Source of the DNA: Scyliorhinus canicula | Taxonomy: Eukaryota | DNA: 64,000 bases | Assembly (NCBI RefSeq): GCF_902713615.1 | Contig: NC_052164.1 | Location: 77,475,830-77,539,829 of the forward strand | Direction: 5' to 3' | Shown: piece after piece, positions 38,791 through 50,642 of the stretch | How the letters are laid out: the number at the start of each line of letters is the position of its first letter | Position numbering within the stretch: the stretch's first letter is position 1 | Notes under the pieces: model-generated | Told to the model about the DNA's origin: nothing | Databases searched by the model: none | Seen by the model: the letters and a program-made list of their open reading frames with translations, nothing else | Program-made: the position numbers and the translations under genes

Positions 38791-39392
38791 GGAAAAGAAA
38801 AGATTACATTCAACAATTGAAACATTTTATCCCATGAGGTAATCAGGTAACTGGGAGGTGACTCTTAGGTCTAGTCAGCATCTGGTGAAGAACGTCACTT
38901 ACATTATTGATCTATCCACTTAATTACAGTGCAAATCACAGTGATTGGATCCATACAGTGTGAGACATGAGCTTTGGAAGAATGATTGACCGTATCGATA
39001 AAGGGTGGGAGCTTACCTGCATCCCTAATATTGCTTGGGGTGATTTTAGCCACTCTGCTCTCTTATTGAATATGGAAGATTGAAATGTTTCATTTGTTGA
39101 ATATTATTCAAAGTAGTCACTGCTACTTCATTGAACGAGAAGCAAAGATCTCCCTTAGAATATTGTGGTGGTATTCTAATCACTAAACAGTAGTTTATAT
39201 GGAACAAAATAAATTCAACACTGTGAGAAACTATTAATGCAGAATATCAGGTCTCAAACCCTCACATAGTTTAGTAATCAGGCTTAAAAAGATTTTTCAC
39301 ATTCCAGGTTGCTTCAATTGAGTTTTTGTTGTTAATTATTTATGACCGACTGACCTCAAAATTAAAATGACAAATCTTTTTTATTCCATCAG

Positions 39393-39737
39393 GTGTCCGA
39401 ATCATCGGTGAAGTGAGTCAGCCGCACCTGGTCAGTGTGCTGAGAGGAGAGTCAGTCACAATAAACTGTACATTCATTTATCATGGGACTGATGTTGACT
39501 GGATCCATATAAACTGGTACAGGATCACTCCGGGATCCAACTATTCTTTTGAAGTAAACAAACCAACCTGTATTCCTGATGTTTCTCTGGGTGGTTTGAC
39601 CCACTGTGTTGTTTCACTGAAAATTGAAAATGTTTCTTTTGAACAGTCTGATTCTAATTATATCTGCATGGCGAGGATGCCACTTATCTACCCGCCAATA
39701 GTGAGAAGAGGACAAGGAACACGGATACAGATTTATG
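39393..39737 (+). CDS. Exon 2: V-set Ig domain with germline-joined J-like segment (NKp30/CD28-family-like)
   Basis: Acceptor tttttattccatcAG|GT and donor TATG|GTAAAG give a 345-nt exon, phase 1 at both ends. Translation GVRIIGEVSQPHLVSVLRGESVTINCTF...INWYR...VSLKIENVSFEQSDSNYICMARMPLIYPPIVRRGQGTRIQIY shows the B-strand Cys, C-strand Trp, YxC and a GxGT G-strand. Confidence 0.92.
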
Positions 39738-42329
39738 GTAAAGTATTTGCATGTATGATTACAGTTAGATAAACAGTGATATGTATAATTTACATACACA
39801 CACACACATAATATAAATATATCTCAGGTTTAGTGTAATGTACACTCGCAGGACCAAGTTGTAGGACATGTTGTGCTTTATCCAGCAGGATGACCCTGAC
39901 TCTATAAATCGCTGCTTGGACGCCAGCTTCTGGGGGACACTGAGCCACTGGATATTTCTGTTATGAGGGGATGGGTGCCATCATCCACTTTCTCAACAAA
40001 ACAGAATTGAAATGCTGCATTTGAGACTTTGAGTGCATTCTAGTATCCGTGCTGGGCCCAGCATGGATTGGAACGAGCCGGTTAGATCGCAGGAGAGGCC
40101 AAAACCAGGAACCTCGCCTGACGCCAAACGGTTTGCAATCTACGTTGGTCACTCCTGTTTGTGGATTCAGGATCCCACCTAGATATGGTGAGAAACCAAT
40201 AATCAGCAATTAAGGGCAATCGCCATCTCATTAACAAGACGCTCGCCCTATCTAAAGGCCTCCTGGGATCTGACCGGCTATCCTGCGGGACTTCATGCCA
40301 CCATCGATTAGTAGACCTATTTAAAAACGGGAACCTAGCGCAATGGCTGCTGAGGGAACGGAGGAGATGAGCAGCCTTCCTCAGCATCGGACACGCAGCC
40401 CAGGGACACTGGAGCTGCCGCCCCAGTGCTCGGGGAAAGGGTTGTGGAGCCCCTAAAGGGGGAAGGGTCTGGTCTGGAAGGGTGGAATCAGTCAGGCGTT
40501 ACTCTGTGGGCAGGGACCCAGCACTTGTGAGCCTAACTCCGAATATGTGTGTACTCATCACAGGGGCAGATGTTTCTCAGTCCCATCGCGCACATCCAGG
40601 AGAGAGCCTTGTTCCTGGATTTAATCGGGAGGTCACTGGAAGTCCCTCTGACTATGAGCGGCCTCTGGTCGTGCAGCTCATTCTAATACTGAGAAGGAGT
40701 TGGCATTGTTAGGTACGCGAGCACTTTGCAGCTCTTAAGCGCATTCTCAGGGGTACACCTGCCATTTTTCAGACAATGATTACTGCATCGCATTCCAAAC
40801 TGTGAGGTCTGAATACTTTGCCTAAACCCTGGAGGCTTCAACACCATACAGGCAGCAACCAACGCACAGCCTGGGGCACAGTACTGGGAAACACCCCACA
40901 AAAGGAGGGTGAGGTGTGCATGGGGGTGGGGGGGGGGGGGGGGGGGGGGGGGGGCAGATGGCAACAGGGGAAGATGGTGCATCCTGGTCCGCTGTGTGGA
41001 ATAATGTGACAGGTTTCTCATGCACAAGGTATTTTAATAGTGTACAATCGAAAGCCCCATTGTCCCTAACTACCGATGGTGTCCCCTTCCGGCCCAGTGC
41101 CCACTCAGTTATCCCGAACTTCCTTAGCCCTCTGCACTCTGCAGTTACATCAAGGTGTGAGCGCAGGATGCACATCTGAAGTGGAGGCAGTCAGTTTCTC
41201 TTCGAGCCATGTATGGCTTTGATGATTTTGGCGGATGTTCTCTGGAGGGCCTGGAACCAAAGGTGCCCGGCCGACTTACCAGTGGCTCTTGCCTCGCCTG
41301 TGCCACCCTGCTCTTCCCCCTGCCCATGTGAAATGCATGGGAGAGTTGGAAATGCCTGTTATCTCCGTGGTGGGAGGCACCAGCTCGGGCTCCAGCACTT
41401 CCTCCTACCGGATGGTGTCCATGGGGTCCTGAGGATTTCCATGGGACAGAATGGCAGCTGGAGTGGGCTCCATAGGCATCTGTGCAATCTGCTCTGCCGG
41501 CCCTAACACCTCCTCATTGTCTGCACCATGGTGTCGATGCCTTCAGTGATGTCGCTCAGTGACTGGGCCATGCTCTGCGGTGCCCTGCCAATATCCACCT
41601 GCACCTGGGACACGTTCATCAGCGACTGGGACATGATGTCGAGGCCCTCAGCCATGGCCGCCACTGACTGAGTCTTGCCTTGGAAACCACCACTCATGGT
41701 TCAGGCGTTGTGCTGCAGGCTTTCCACTGTAGACGTCACCCCAGCAGTGTTGGCCTCAGGGCCACGCATTACGGTGCCATCTCCTGCACCCCTAGCCTTT
41801 CGGACTCCCCAGTCAGCTATGGACCCACAGGATTTTCACTGACATCCCCCTCTGAATCTCATGGCTGCACCCTCATAGCGACAGCATCAATTCCAGGATG
41901 GTCTGGCCCAAAGTCTCGACATCTGACTGGGACTCAGCTGAATCCTGGGATCCAGCACTCCTCCCTTTGGATCCTTTGGATGTTCCTGCTTCCAGCTGAT
42001 GTGCATCAGCAACTGTGTGGTGCTCACCAGATTGTGCCTCAGAAGCCTATCCACGACTGTGGTCCCGCCGAGGTGTGTCTCTGCGCTGGTGGAAGGTCGA
42101 TGCGATAGCTATAGCTGTGATGCATTGATGGTGTTCTCTTCAGAACTTTCCTGCAAGGTGTTCTCGTGGGTGGCAGGGCAGGGGGCCCAGTCCCATCAGG
42201 TGGAGTTCCTGCGGGAGGGAGAGTGATCATGTCACCCTCAGTGAGACGGAAGGGTCATTGTTCCCTGACATGTACCACTCACTTGAGACAGGACATCTGA
42301 ATGGGGGGGGGCAGTGGATCCTCACCTCT

Positions 42330-42970
42330 GTGGTGCAGGCTAACCTCACCATCGGTGATCGCTCTACTCTTGGGTAACCCCACAATCTCCCAAGCCCGTT
42401 CCTCATAGGGGTAAGGGCTCAGATGTCTGACACACCACCATTTGTTTGGGACCTCTCCTACCTGTTGTGCGCCAGCTTCTCCTGAGAGTACAATGAGAGG
42501 GCATTGTGAGCCAAACACCTGATGCATCAGGGGTGTCTTTGGCAGGTGGCTTGTTCAGGCAGCACACCTGGGCATGGAGGGAAGGTGCTGATGGTTTCCA
42601 CCATGTGCTGGGGCACAGAGATTATGTTGTGCTGGGTGGTGGGGGGAGAGCTTGTGGTTCCAGCCGATGACATATCTGGTGGGGGGAAGAGTCAAGGCGC
42701 TGGCAGGCAGGACTGGTACCAGGGGGTCGGTGTCGACTTACCGTGTTGGAGGTTATTGAGCTTCTTGTTACATTGAAATTCGGTCCCCTTGGTCAGGTTG
42801 CCTGCACTGGTGGCTGCTGCCATTGTTGCCCAGGTGGCATTGGTGGCCCTGTTGCTGGTTCTCTGACGTCCTTGGAGGGGGGAGGGGGGGGGCATGTTCT
42901 GTCTCGTGATCATGGCGTCCAGCAGCCCAGCCAGGTTGGCATTCCTGGAGTATGGAACTGTTCCATACAG
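42330..42970 (-). pseudogene. Harbinger Myb/SANT-like DNA-binding gene relic (two or more exons)
   Basis: PYSRNANLAGLLDAM...ATNATWATMAAATSAGNLTKGTEFQCNKKLNNL, then a GTAAGT donor. The next exon reads EKLAHNRRERSQTNGG...LTPYEERAWEIVG. Confidence 0.75.
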
Positions 42971-43529
42971 TGGCACTGTTGTGTGGTGACTGGTGTGTGT
43001 TCGGAGGCACAACTATTATGTGCTGCTGCTGCATGTTAGTGAGGAGGTGCCGAGCGAGGGTCCCGACGAATCGACTGATGGAGCAGCCAATTCCACCGAG
43101 AAACACCTGGGGTTAGTTGCGGCCCTAATTAATGTTATACACAGGTCAGGGGCTCGCCAACGCAGATCGACGGGGCCATGTGATGACCTGGCCAGCTCGC
43201 ATGCAGGAATCACCCAGGTGGAAGGTGGTATTGTGTGCATGGGTCAGACATTGTCATACGATGTGGAGAACCAGAGCTCATCGCAGAGCGGGTTGTCATC
43301 ATCCCCCATCCCATGGACCAGACCCGCTGTCACTGCCAACCCAGGGCCCCCAGTTCTTTAGCTCCACAGGGGTGTGCAAGCGGGTGGTTTGACGATGTGG
43401 GGGGGGGGGTGTGGGATGTGCTGCCCATGTCTCTGGCCAGCTGCGCCCCACTCCTCTCTACCCCATCCCTCCTAGCCGGTAAACTGGAGACGATCAAAGC
43501 GTACCGTGCGCATTGGCCCTAGTGATAAT

Positions 43530-43785
43530 ATCGTGCGGCCTCCTATCCCTGGCCCCAACTTTTGCTCATCATCCCCCTCCCCGCATCCTCGTCGTTGGAC
43601 GACGCCTGCCCTTCCTCCTCATCATCCTCTTCCAGCACTTTGCCCCCCTGCTGTGCGATGCTGTGGAGGATGCAGCAGGCCACCACAATGCGGGTGGTCC
43701 AGGTACCTGAACCGCATCTTCAGGATGCTGAAGCACTGCTCGATCACACTCCTGGTCGCTGTATAGCCGTCACTGTAGCAGGTCT
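43530..43785 (-). pseudogene. Harbinger transposase C-terminal fragment
   Basis: TRSVIEQCFSILKMRFRYL followed by RIVVACCILHSIA and an acidic tail (HARBI1-like ERxFGxLKxRF and ACCxLHN motifs). Confidence 0.75.
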
Positions 43786-43789
43786 CCAC

Positions 43790-44958
43790 GATAATCTGTG
43801 GTCTCTCACTTTTTGTTCTGCTAGGGCAATTTGTTCTTTTTCCTTTTCTTCTCTCTCTTCTTTTTCCCTAATCTGTACCTCCCTTTCTTTTTCCCTTTCT
43901 TCTCTCTCCTTTTATTTTTCCCTGATCTGTACCTCCCCTTCTCTTTCTTTGTCCCCCATTTCGTATTCAAGCTGCTTTAATTCTTTTTCATATTCAAGCT
44001 GCTTGATCTGTAATTGAATTCTTTTCATTTCCAATGATTCTGACTGTGTCTCAGGCAATTTTTAATGCTCAGCTACCTGCGCAATTACCTCTTCTGTTCG
44101 TATTTTGTCAGGCAATGCTAACTGCAATGTTTTTGCCAAATCTAAAAGCCTTTTTTTAGTCTCTGTTTGTGGGGCACTGTGTGTGACCTTTTCCACGCCC
44201 AAAAATGTCTGAGCCTCTGAAAGAGCCATTGTCCACAACACCCTATTTAAACTTGAAAACAACACCTGAAAAAAAAACAGAAATATGCTCACCCCTCACT
44301 ATCTTTAAGTTCACTGAGCCAACCCACTCATGAAAGATAGACTTTTATCCGAGACAAGCCCCCAATTTTGTTATGGGCCAGGGCTGAGAAAACTCCAAAG
44401 TATATTATGGGAGTTAACCTGACATATAACTAACTGTTTCTTGATTTTGGCGAGGATGAACAGAAGAGCCTGCCTTTCAGGTGTTATTCAACAGACTCTT
44501 AAACCAAACAATAACAAGCTTTATTCTACGAATTTAGTTAACATTTGTATGAACACACACAGCAAGAATTTTTTTCAACTACAATCATAAATACCCACAC
44601 AGCTACAGTAATCTATGTATAACCCTTAATGAATTCCCCCCTAACTGTTCCAATTCAATAACAAGATCCCATAAACCAAAAACCCCTTTTAGCAAAATAG
44701 CAGGTAACTATACTCATTGGGTTTCTTCCTTGGAATACCTCTTTAAAATTGAGAATAGAGAGACAGTCCAAATTACTTATCTGTCTGAGTCTACAGCAGC
44801 CAAATGTGAAAACAAAAGTAAAAACTCACAGAGCCACCAACCAGCTCCAAGACTCAAAGCGAAAATAGAAACTAACAGAGCCACAGCCCAGCTCCACCCA
44901 CACGATGACATAATTGAAGCCATGTGAAAACCTTTCTTAAATGGACACTCCCATGACA
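43790..44958 (-). mobile_element. Gypsy-type 5' LTR, tRNA-Pro-like PBS and truncated gag
   Basis: The LTR spans 44369-44958 (TGTTATGGG...CCCATGACA). The adjacent minus-strand TGGGGGCTTGTCTCGGAT resembles the tRNA-Pro PBS TGGGGGCTCGTCCGGGAT. The ORF from 44229 reads MALSEAQTFLGVEK...RLLDLAKTLQL, followed by an E/R/K-rich coiled coil. Confidence 0.75.
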
Positions 44959-46679
44959 TGGTGCATTCTCCAGTGCCCAGCCAGGTTCCATGGGCTACAC
45001 CGTGGCCCGGTTGGCACTGCAGACCCCACCCATGCATGTTCCCCCCCCACACCCCTGACCCATCGGTATCCAGCACCGTTGGCCCCTCCAGTCCTGGAAC
45101 CTGCTCCTGCTGCCAGGGGTACTATTGGTTGGCACTGCCCTCACTGGCGGCTTCCCTGGGTTATCCCCCAGTGGGTGCCGTCCAGTTGGGTGGGGTGTTG
45201 TGGGGCGGTACACTTTGCTGGGGTTGGTGTGCGGGGATGGGCACACCCATATGACCAGTATCACTGTGTAGAGCCAGGGGCTGAGATGGGTGGTCAGTGG
45301 GTGTGCAGCAAGATGGCCGCCGTAATGGAGGTCGGTGACTGGGCACCGCCCCAATCCTTAGGGTGCGGGTGCACCCCGGCTGCTCGGCATGTTCCCTCCA
45401 TTACCCCTCCCCTCCCCAGGCCCAGGCAGGGGTACCCCCCCCCCCACCCCACCCCCCGCCGCAGCCAGCATGGACGGTGACTGGGCCGGAGGCTCGCACT
45501 CACTCCATGCCATTTACTACCTCCTCTCTCTCTTGCTCAGCAGTCGCTGATTTGCGATTTCGCCGTTGGACAACGAACAATCCAGCCCTAATTGCTGATG
45601 CTGGGACTGAATCACAAGTGTTCTATGTTCATGAAAGCGGTGCCAGTCCAGGAGCAATTGAGGTCTTGTTAATACAATAGCACCGGTGCCACTGTAACTT
45701 GTGCGATTCCAATGCATGCCGACCGTCATCTCAGCCAAGATGACGGCACTGGTTGCGCTGGAGCACACCCATCCCATTGATGGGTCAGCTGGGGCCAGAG
45801 GATGCCTGACGAGGGGAGGGGGGGGTTTAGCCTGGTGGGGGGCACCAATACAACTCGTGGTGCTAGGTTCACAGTGGCAGTCAGCAGTGTGTACAGCCGG
45901 ATGACAATTGCAGTCTAAGGGAATGGTAGTCCATGCCTGGCCACCCTGACCCCACGGCCCAATTCCTGGCCGTCCCCCACTACTCTCCCCACCCATGGCA
46001 GATGTCTCCCAGCCAGCAGCACAAGCATCAACACACAATAGTGATGTTGGGAACTCTTCCCCTCTCTTCCCATGGCGCCTGTTTCCCGATTGTAAATGCC
46101 ACAAGCGAACCTTGCCTTCGGTAATTCCTCCTGGCAGAGGCGGAGCACCGCAGGAGGCGTGGAAAATGCCGGGTCGGGCCTGTTAACGATATGGCAATGG
46201 CGTTTACTGTACAATTTGCATTTCCACGCCGGTGTGGGGTGTAGAACGCATTCACGCTGCTGTTGAGGGACTGGAGTATGGCATTCCTTTCAGTCCCCGG
46301 TGATAACTTCGATATTCAGTTGACGCCGAATTCTCCACCCGATCGTATTTGACAATTCCGACGTCGCTGGATGGAGAACCAAATGTTTCAAATGACTTAT
46401 GAAGAGCATTTAGAGAAGACACCTTTGGTAATATTTAAAGACCCTGATGTCCAGGCATTTTTCATATCTGACGGATGTAACTTTGGAGTTGATCCACAGC
46501 TGATGCTTAATCTGGTGAAACGTCCTATCCACAGGACTTTCAAAACTTTGTGCCCTGATTTACAAATCTCTTCATGTGCACACCTCATCCGAACTAACCT
46601 ATAGCCTTACATCATAAAGTAGATGTCCTTTGTCAACCAATCGTGGCCATAAGTGCATGCCCCCCCCCGACCCCCATCT

Positions 46680-47530
46680 ATACATTTTGAAAAATGCATT
46701 TTTTGATGGGATATGGGCATCACTGGCCCGGCCAGTATTTGTTCCTCATTATTGCCCTTGTCAAAATGGTGGTGAACTGTCTTCCTGGTCTTCTGCATTC
46801 CAAGTTGTGTATCCACAGTGCTGTTAGGATGGGAGTTACACGACGTAAACCCAGCAACAGTAAAGGAACGACAATAAATGTGTGTCTTGAAGGGGAACCT
46901 ACAGGTGTTCCTATGCATCTGATGCCCTTGTCCTGCTAGGTGGTAGAAGTTGTGTTTTTGGGATGTGCTGTAGAAGGACCCCCGGTAAGTTGCAGTGCAT
47001 CTTTCCAGATAGTGCATTCTGCTGCTGTTGTGTTTCAGTGGGCAGGGGAGTAAATGTTGAAGGTGGTGGATGGGGTCCAAGTCAACTGGGCTGCTTTGTC
47101 CTGGATGGTGTTGGGCAATCTTGAGGGTTGTTGGAGCCGCACTTGTACAGGCAAGCGGAAAATATTTCATTAAACTCCTGACTTTTTCCTTGTAAATAGT
47201 GGAAATGTTTTGGGAACTCAGGATGTGAGTTACTTTTCACAGAATTCGTGGTCTCTTACCTGCTCTTGGAACAACTATTCATATGGCAGTTCCAGTTCAA
47301 TTTCTCGCCAATGGTAACCCCCAGGATGTTAGGAGAGGGGGATTCAGCCAAAGCGATGCCATTGACTATGAATGGAGGATGATTAGATTATCTCTTGTTA
47401 GGGATGGTTATTGCCTGGCCTTTTATTCCATGAATCCCATGACTATTACTTGTCACTTCTCAGTCAGAAGTCTGAATGTTGTCCAGGTCTTGATATCTGA
47501 GCAGTTGCAAATGATGCAATTCAATCAGTA
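46680..47530 (-). mobile_element. CR1/L2-group LINE 3' region
   Basis: Same family as 176-480 and 22697-23130. A + strand copy lies at about 52330-52810. Confidence 0.65.
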
Positions 47531-48524
47531 GCAAAAACATTCCTACTTATCATAGAATCATAGATTCATAGAAAATTTACAGCACAGAAGGAGGCCATTC
47601 AGCCCATCATGTCCATGCCAGCCTGAGGACACACAGGTGCCCTTTCTAATCCCACCTTCCTGCACCCGGTCCATAGCCCTGTAGCTTATAGCAGTTACGG
47701 TGCAGATACCGGTGTCTATAGATTTACATTGTGCACCTTGCGTCGCCCTATTATGTATTTTCTTTTTCTTTTCTTTCCAGGTACTTAATGATCTGTTTGA
47801 GCTGCTCGCAGAAAAATACTTTTCACTGCACCTCGGTACACGTGACAATAAACAAATCCAATCCAATCCAAAAGAGTTAAGTGTCTCTGCCGCCACCATC
47901 AACTTAGGCAGTGAATTCCAGACTCCCACTACCTCCCGGACTTGGAGGGAAGGCCATTGATCAAACAGCTGAAGTTATTGTGTCTGGGCCACGACTGTGA
48001 GAAACCCCTGGAAATTAGATGATTGGCCTCCAACAATGAGCTTTGTACTAGGTGTGACTTCAACTAGTGGACTGCTTACCCCCCTGATTCCCATTGACAT
48101 CAATTGTGCTGTTTCTCCTTGATGCCATACTTGGTCAAATTATGTCAAGAGAGATCATTCTTACCTCACCTCTTGAGTTCAGCTCTTTTGTTCACATTTG
48201 GACCAATGCTGTAATGAGATCAGGAACCAAGGATCTCCAGCAGAAACAGAACTGAGTGTCAGTGGGAAGGTTATTTCCAAATACAAAATATTATCAGATG
48301 GCTATGTTTTAAATTGTCTACTTTAAATTAAGGAAAATCAGAACACCCTGGAATGATTTTCATTTCAATGATCATACTTAACTCTGTCTGGAGACAAACT
48401 CATGGAATCAGTAAATAAAATCTATTGAAAATCAAAAGATAGGTTTCACATCTGGAGCGGCTGCTTACAAACAGAGTCGATGTTAGCCATGATGTGGAGA
48501 TGCCGGCGTTGGACTGGGGTGAGC

Positions 48525-48680
48525 ACAGTAAGAAGTCTTACAACACCAGGTTAAAGTCCAACAGGTTTGTTTCAAACACGAGCTTTCGGAGCGCACCTGA
48601 GGAAGGAGCTGCGCTCCGAAAGCTCGTGTTTGAAACAAACCTGTTGGACTTTAACCTGGTGTTCTAAGACTTCTTACTGT
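48525..48680. repeat. Long inverted repeat (71-bp arms, 14-nt spacer) of Penelope-like terminal sequence
   Basis: 48525-48595 is the reverse complement of 48610-48680 with one mismatch. Confidence 0.85.
48594..48628 (+). ncRNA. Minimal type I hammerhead ribozyme motif
   Basis: CAC-CTGAGGA-A-GGAGC(TGC)GCTCC-GAAA-GCTC-GTG: stem I CAC/GTG, CUGANGA core, 5-bp stem II, GAAA, palindromic AGCU stem III and a CUC cleavage triplet. Confidence 0.7.
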
Positions 48681-49347
48681 ACAAACAGAGTGACACAGAG
48701 GTTCAAAAGATAATTCACTACTGTGGGGAGACACAACCTCTATTGCTGTGAAGATCTGGATGAACTGATTTTGCATTGATAGATAAGTAGAATGCTTGTA
48801 TAATTTGGTTTTCTGTTTCAAAGTATCACTGGAGTGGTTCTTGGTGCTGGATGTTGGCTTGGGGTTACTGAGTGGACCGAGTGGGACATTGTTTAAAGCC
48901 TTAAATTTGTGGGTTATTGTACTGTATTGTTCCATTGGTCACTGGTCATTGGAAATTCAAATCTTTTATTAAGTTATCAGTCTCTGTAGGGATTGTCAGA
49001 ACTTCATTACTGTGTGAGTTCCACTTGGGTAGCACTGTCGACGACACAATCCATCACTTATCTGATGATCAAGAGCAGTCTAATGGAGTGGTAAATGGCC
49101 TGTGTGGATTTGTCTTGCTAATTGTAAACAGGATAAAACCTGGATAATTAGTATAATAAAGTGCTTGAAAATTCAAGATGAACGATAAATTCTTTTACAT
49201 TATGATAATGAGTACGTTTTCAAAATACTGTCACTAGGAATTGCTAAAAATGTTGCCAATATCTTCAGTGTAGTTGATGTGATTAAATGTTCACAAGGTA
49301 GGATATTAACTTTAAAGTTTAATCCATGATGATTTCTAATCTCTCAG

Positions 49348-49650
49348 GACCCCCTGAAATCTCCACTGTTACTGGTGCTTTGGTAGCTGGACGTAAGTGC
49401 CACCTGATCTGCTCCACCAAGGGGTTGTACTCTGAGAATATCTTCTTTACCTGGACATGCCATGGAACAAACAGCTTCACAAACATCACAACATCAACCT
49501 CAAAGAGAACAGTGAATGGCACATCTGTCACTAGCTGCCAGCTTGAGATCATCCTCAAAACAGCTGACCATGGAACTGTCTGTACATGTCAGATAAACCA
49601 TGTAACTTTCAGACAGCCAGTGACAACTGAGATCAAACTACATGTTTTGT
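49348..49650 (+). CDS. Exon 3: C1-type Ig domain
   Basis: Acceptor tttctaatctctcAG|GA and donor TTGT|GTGAGT give a 303-nt exon, phase 1/1. GPPEISTVTGALVAGRKCHLICSTKGLYSENIFFTW...DHGTVCTCQINHVTFRQPVTTEIKLHVL matches C1-set patterns CxxxGxY..I..TW and CxxxHxxxxxP. Confidence 0.88.
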
Positions 49651-49810
49651 GTGAGTAATTTTCAGTCATGGCTATGTGCGTGAGGTGAATGAAAAATGCT
49701 TCTTGTCCAATTATCAATTCCTCTTTAGCCTGTGGTTTACAACTTATGTCAGCTTTGTTTAGCTTGCATCACTCTCATCTCTGCATTAGAAAGAATGCAA
49801 TAGAAATTAT

Positions 49811-50103
49811 GGGCAGCACTGTAGCACAGTGGTTAGCACTGCTGCTTCACAGTGCCAATTTACGGCTTGCGTCACTCTCTGTGCGGAGTCTGCACGGTCT
49901 CCCCGTGTTCTCGTAGGTTTCATCCGGGTGCTCCGGTTTCTTTCCACAAGTCCTGAAAGACGTACTTGTTAGGTGAATTGGACATTCTAAATTCTCCCTC
50001 CATGTACCCGAACAGGCGCCGGAGTGTGGTGACGAAGGGATTTTCACAGTAACTTCATTGCAGCGTTAATGTTAGCCTACTTGTAACAATAATAAAGATT
50101 ATT
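49811..50103 (+). mobile_element. V-SINE variant with a different tail, in intron 3
   Basis: GGGCAGCACTGTAGCACAGTGGTTAGC head. The tail TTCACAGTAACTTCATT...GCCTACTTGTAACAATAATAAAG is shared with the minus-strand element at about 61205-61361. Confidence 0.75.
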
Positions 50104-50642
50104 GTAAATTGAGGTTTTGCACTTCACAGCTGGACATGGACTCATAATCTGGACTGAATTTGCCCCCGATATGAGAATATGCTACATCACAGAGAATACC
50201 CTCCATCGGGAAGGTTAAAACAAGATCCTGCCTGCTGGATAAAGTGAATTTTGTAACTGCCTTAGTTCGATTTGAAGATTAGTTAAGAGTTAGTGTGCTG
50301 ATCAATATTCACCCAAGCAGCAAATGATAAAGAAATTAACCATTAGTTCACCTAATTGTTGTTTGGGGCCATTCTGGGATAGGAAAGTTGCTGCATTCAA
50401 CGACATGCAGCCACAATATTCTGAACACATAAATCATTGTTCATTTAAAAAGAAAACAGAACATCCTGCAAACACTTCCATTTAGAATTCCTTTTTGACA
50501 TTCTGTAGAAGGATCATTTAGGTCTAAAATGTTAAACCTCTGTTTCTCTGTCCACAGATGCTGCCTGACCTGCTTCGTTTATCCAATATGTTCTGTTTTT
50601 ATTTCTGATATCCAGCAGTATTTTCATTTATTTTAGACTTAG

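Larger units (their letters stand above)
39960..46375 (-). mobile_element. Decayed autonomous-type PIF/Harbinger transposon in intron 2 (ends approximate)
   Basis: Contains relics of both hallmark genes (Myb/SANT protein and DDE transposase). A TIR-like GGATGGAGAA lies near 46370. Confidence 0.7.

Noticed and set aside
38900-39800. Rearranging V gene segment with recombination signal sequences
   Set aside because: The J-like strand is already in the V exon and is followed directly by a GT donor. An isolated CACAGTG near 38937 has no properly spaced nonamer that I could see.
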